Of a DNA stretch of 64,000 nucleotides, positions 62,774 to 64,000 are shown in pieces. A model generated the notes under the pieces. The model searched no databases, was not told the origin of the DNA, and was given only the letters and a program-made list of their open reading frames with translations. The position numbers were made by a program, and so were the translations under genes. Every line of letters begins with the position of its first letter. Position 1 is the first letter of the stretch. The DNA is taken from assembly GCA_030695905.1 (NCBI GenBank), contig JAUYOL010000001.1:2023-66022 (forward strand), written 5' to 3'. The DNA comes from Candidatus Omnitrophota bacterium. Lineage in GTDB: Bacteria > Omnitrophota > Gorgyraeia > 2-01-FULL-45-10.

Positions 62774-64000
62774 ATGGGAACATATCTGATAAAAAACGGG
62801 CGTGTAATAGACCCGCAAAACAAAGTCGATGATATTTTAGATATATTAATATCAGACGGCAAGATAGAAAAGATAGAAAAAAACCTGTCAGCCAGGGCGG
62901 ACGAAACGATAGATGCCAAAGGTTGTATTGTCGCGCCCGGTTTGGTAGATATGCATACTCACTTAAGAGAGCCCGGCAGAGAAGATGAAGAGACGGTCCT
63001 GACCGGCACCCGTGCCGCGGTAAAAGGCGGGTTTACCACGGTGGCGTGTATGCCAAATACCGAGCCGCCTCTTGACAATCCCGCGATAATAAAATCACTA
63101 AAAGAGATAATAGAAAAAGACGCACTCTGTAATGTAGCCATAGTGGGAGCCATAACGGAAGACCGCGCCGGCAAACGCCCAACCGATTTTCATAAGATGA
63201 AGAGCCAGGGAGTTGTCGCCGTGTCAGATGACGGATCGTCGGTTGCGGACGAAAAAGTGATGACCGAGGCGCTTACGCAATCCAAAGAAGAGGACCTGCT
63301 TGTAATAGACCACTGTGAGGACGCAAAGTTATCGGCAAACGGCGTAATGAATCAGTCGTTCACCTCGACGAAGTTAGGCCTCCGGGGTATTCCCGGGGCA
63401 GCGGAATACGAGATGGTAAAACGCGACATAGCGCTTGCGAAAAAATTATTATGCAGAATACATATAGCCCACGTGAGCACCAAAGAGTCGGTAGAACTTA
63501 TACGCAAAGCAAAAAAAGAGGGTGTAAACATTACCGCTGAAACTGCGCCGCACTACTTTTCACTTACCGAAGAGTGCTGCGCGACGTATGATACAAATAC
63601 CAAGATGAACCCGCCGCTAAGATCCAAAGACGATGTAGACGCGATTAAGGCAGGGTTGAAGGACGCCACGATAGATGTTATAGCTACCGACCATGCTCCG
63701 CATGCGGATAACGAGAAAGATGTTGAATTTGACTCCGCGCCATTCGGCATAATCGGCCTGGAAACGGCGCTGAGCCTGTCTGTAATGGAACTGGTAGAAA
63801 GCAAAGTGCTTTCGTGGAGCGGTATTATAGAAAAGATGTCTGTGAACCCTTCAAAAATATTGGGCATAAAAAAAGGCAACCTGAAAAAAGGGGCCGCGGC
63901 GGATATGGTGATCATAGATCCAGCTAAAGAATATACATATACAAAAGAGTCCATAGAATCGAAATCGAAGAATTCGCCTTTTATCAACTGGATATTAAAA
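62774..64000 (+). CDS. pyrC: Dihydroorotase (partial, C-terminus beyond window)
   Basis: Not in track (no stop in window). ATG 62774 is in frame to 64000; MGTYLIKNGRVIDP...APGLVDMHTHLREPG...DHAPH are amidohydrolase motifs. Confidence 0.8.
   Translation, partial: MGTYLIKNGRVIDPQNKVDDILDILISDGKIEKIEKNLSARADETIDAKGCIVAPGLVDMHTHLREPGREDEETVLTGTRAAVKGGFTTVACMPNTEPPLDNPAIIKSLKEIIEKDALCNVAIVGAITEDRAGKRPTDFHKMKSQGVVAVSDDGSSVADEKVMTEALTQSKEEDLLVIDHCEDAKLSANGVMNQSFTSTKLGLRGIPGAAEYEMVKRDIALAKKLLCRIHIAHVSTKESVELIRKAKKEGVNITAETAPHYFSLTEECCATYDTNTKMNPPLRSKDDVDAIKAGLKDATIDVIATDHAPHADNEKDVEFDSAPFGIIGLETALSLSVMELVESKVLSWSGIIEKMSVNPSKILGIKKGNLKKGAAADMVIIDPAKEYTYTKESIESKSKNSPFINWILK

Overview
This is a bacterial chromosomal window that spans the replication origin region. 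Codon usage is AT-leaning and many proteins are K/E-rich, which suggests an uncultivated lineage (inference only).

The left two-thirds is almost entirely minus-strand. It holds, in order:
- a Fur-controlled FTR1/P19-type iron-uptake cluster with two FtsX-like permeases, a Cys-rich membrane protein and an outer-membrane barrel (0.3-6.5 kb);
- a compact radical-SAM / PqqD-like / 59-aa peptide / UbiA-prenyltransferase cassette (6.6-9.1 kb);
- a copper/heavy-metal resistance block: cusCBA, copA, a TRASH-flavoprotein fusion, a YHS protein and csoR with its operator (9.2-19.4 kb);
- a TPP-riboswitch-controlled thiE-thiS-thiG-thiH-thiF operon;
- an MnmA-like PP-loop thiolase, a tandem Nuc/PLD-domain protein and rarA;
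- pheST-rplT-rpmI-infC-thrS, with infC using an ATT start;
- tRNA-Leu/Val/Cys, a pseudopilin-like gene, split coaB/coaC, rpoZ, gmk, yicC and ndk;
- parAB with a parS-like site, then yidC-yidD-rnpA-rpmH.

The divergent oriC/dnaA promoter region with DnaA boxes follows. It leads into plus-strand dnaA-dnaN-DUF721-gyrB-gyrA; gyrB carries a 432-aa HNH-type intein. After gyrA come tRNA-Glu, an orphan 1866-aa secreted multidomain protein (GNAT plus two degenerate methyltransferase-like modules), nagA-glmS, rsmI, and a PyrR-attenuated pyrR-pyrB-pyrC (pyrC truncated by the window end).

The most novel candidates are the rSAM/PqqD/peptide/UbiA cassette (its rSAM has a cysteine-less SPASM relic) and the giant orphan protein.
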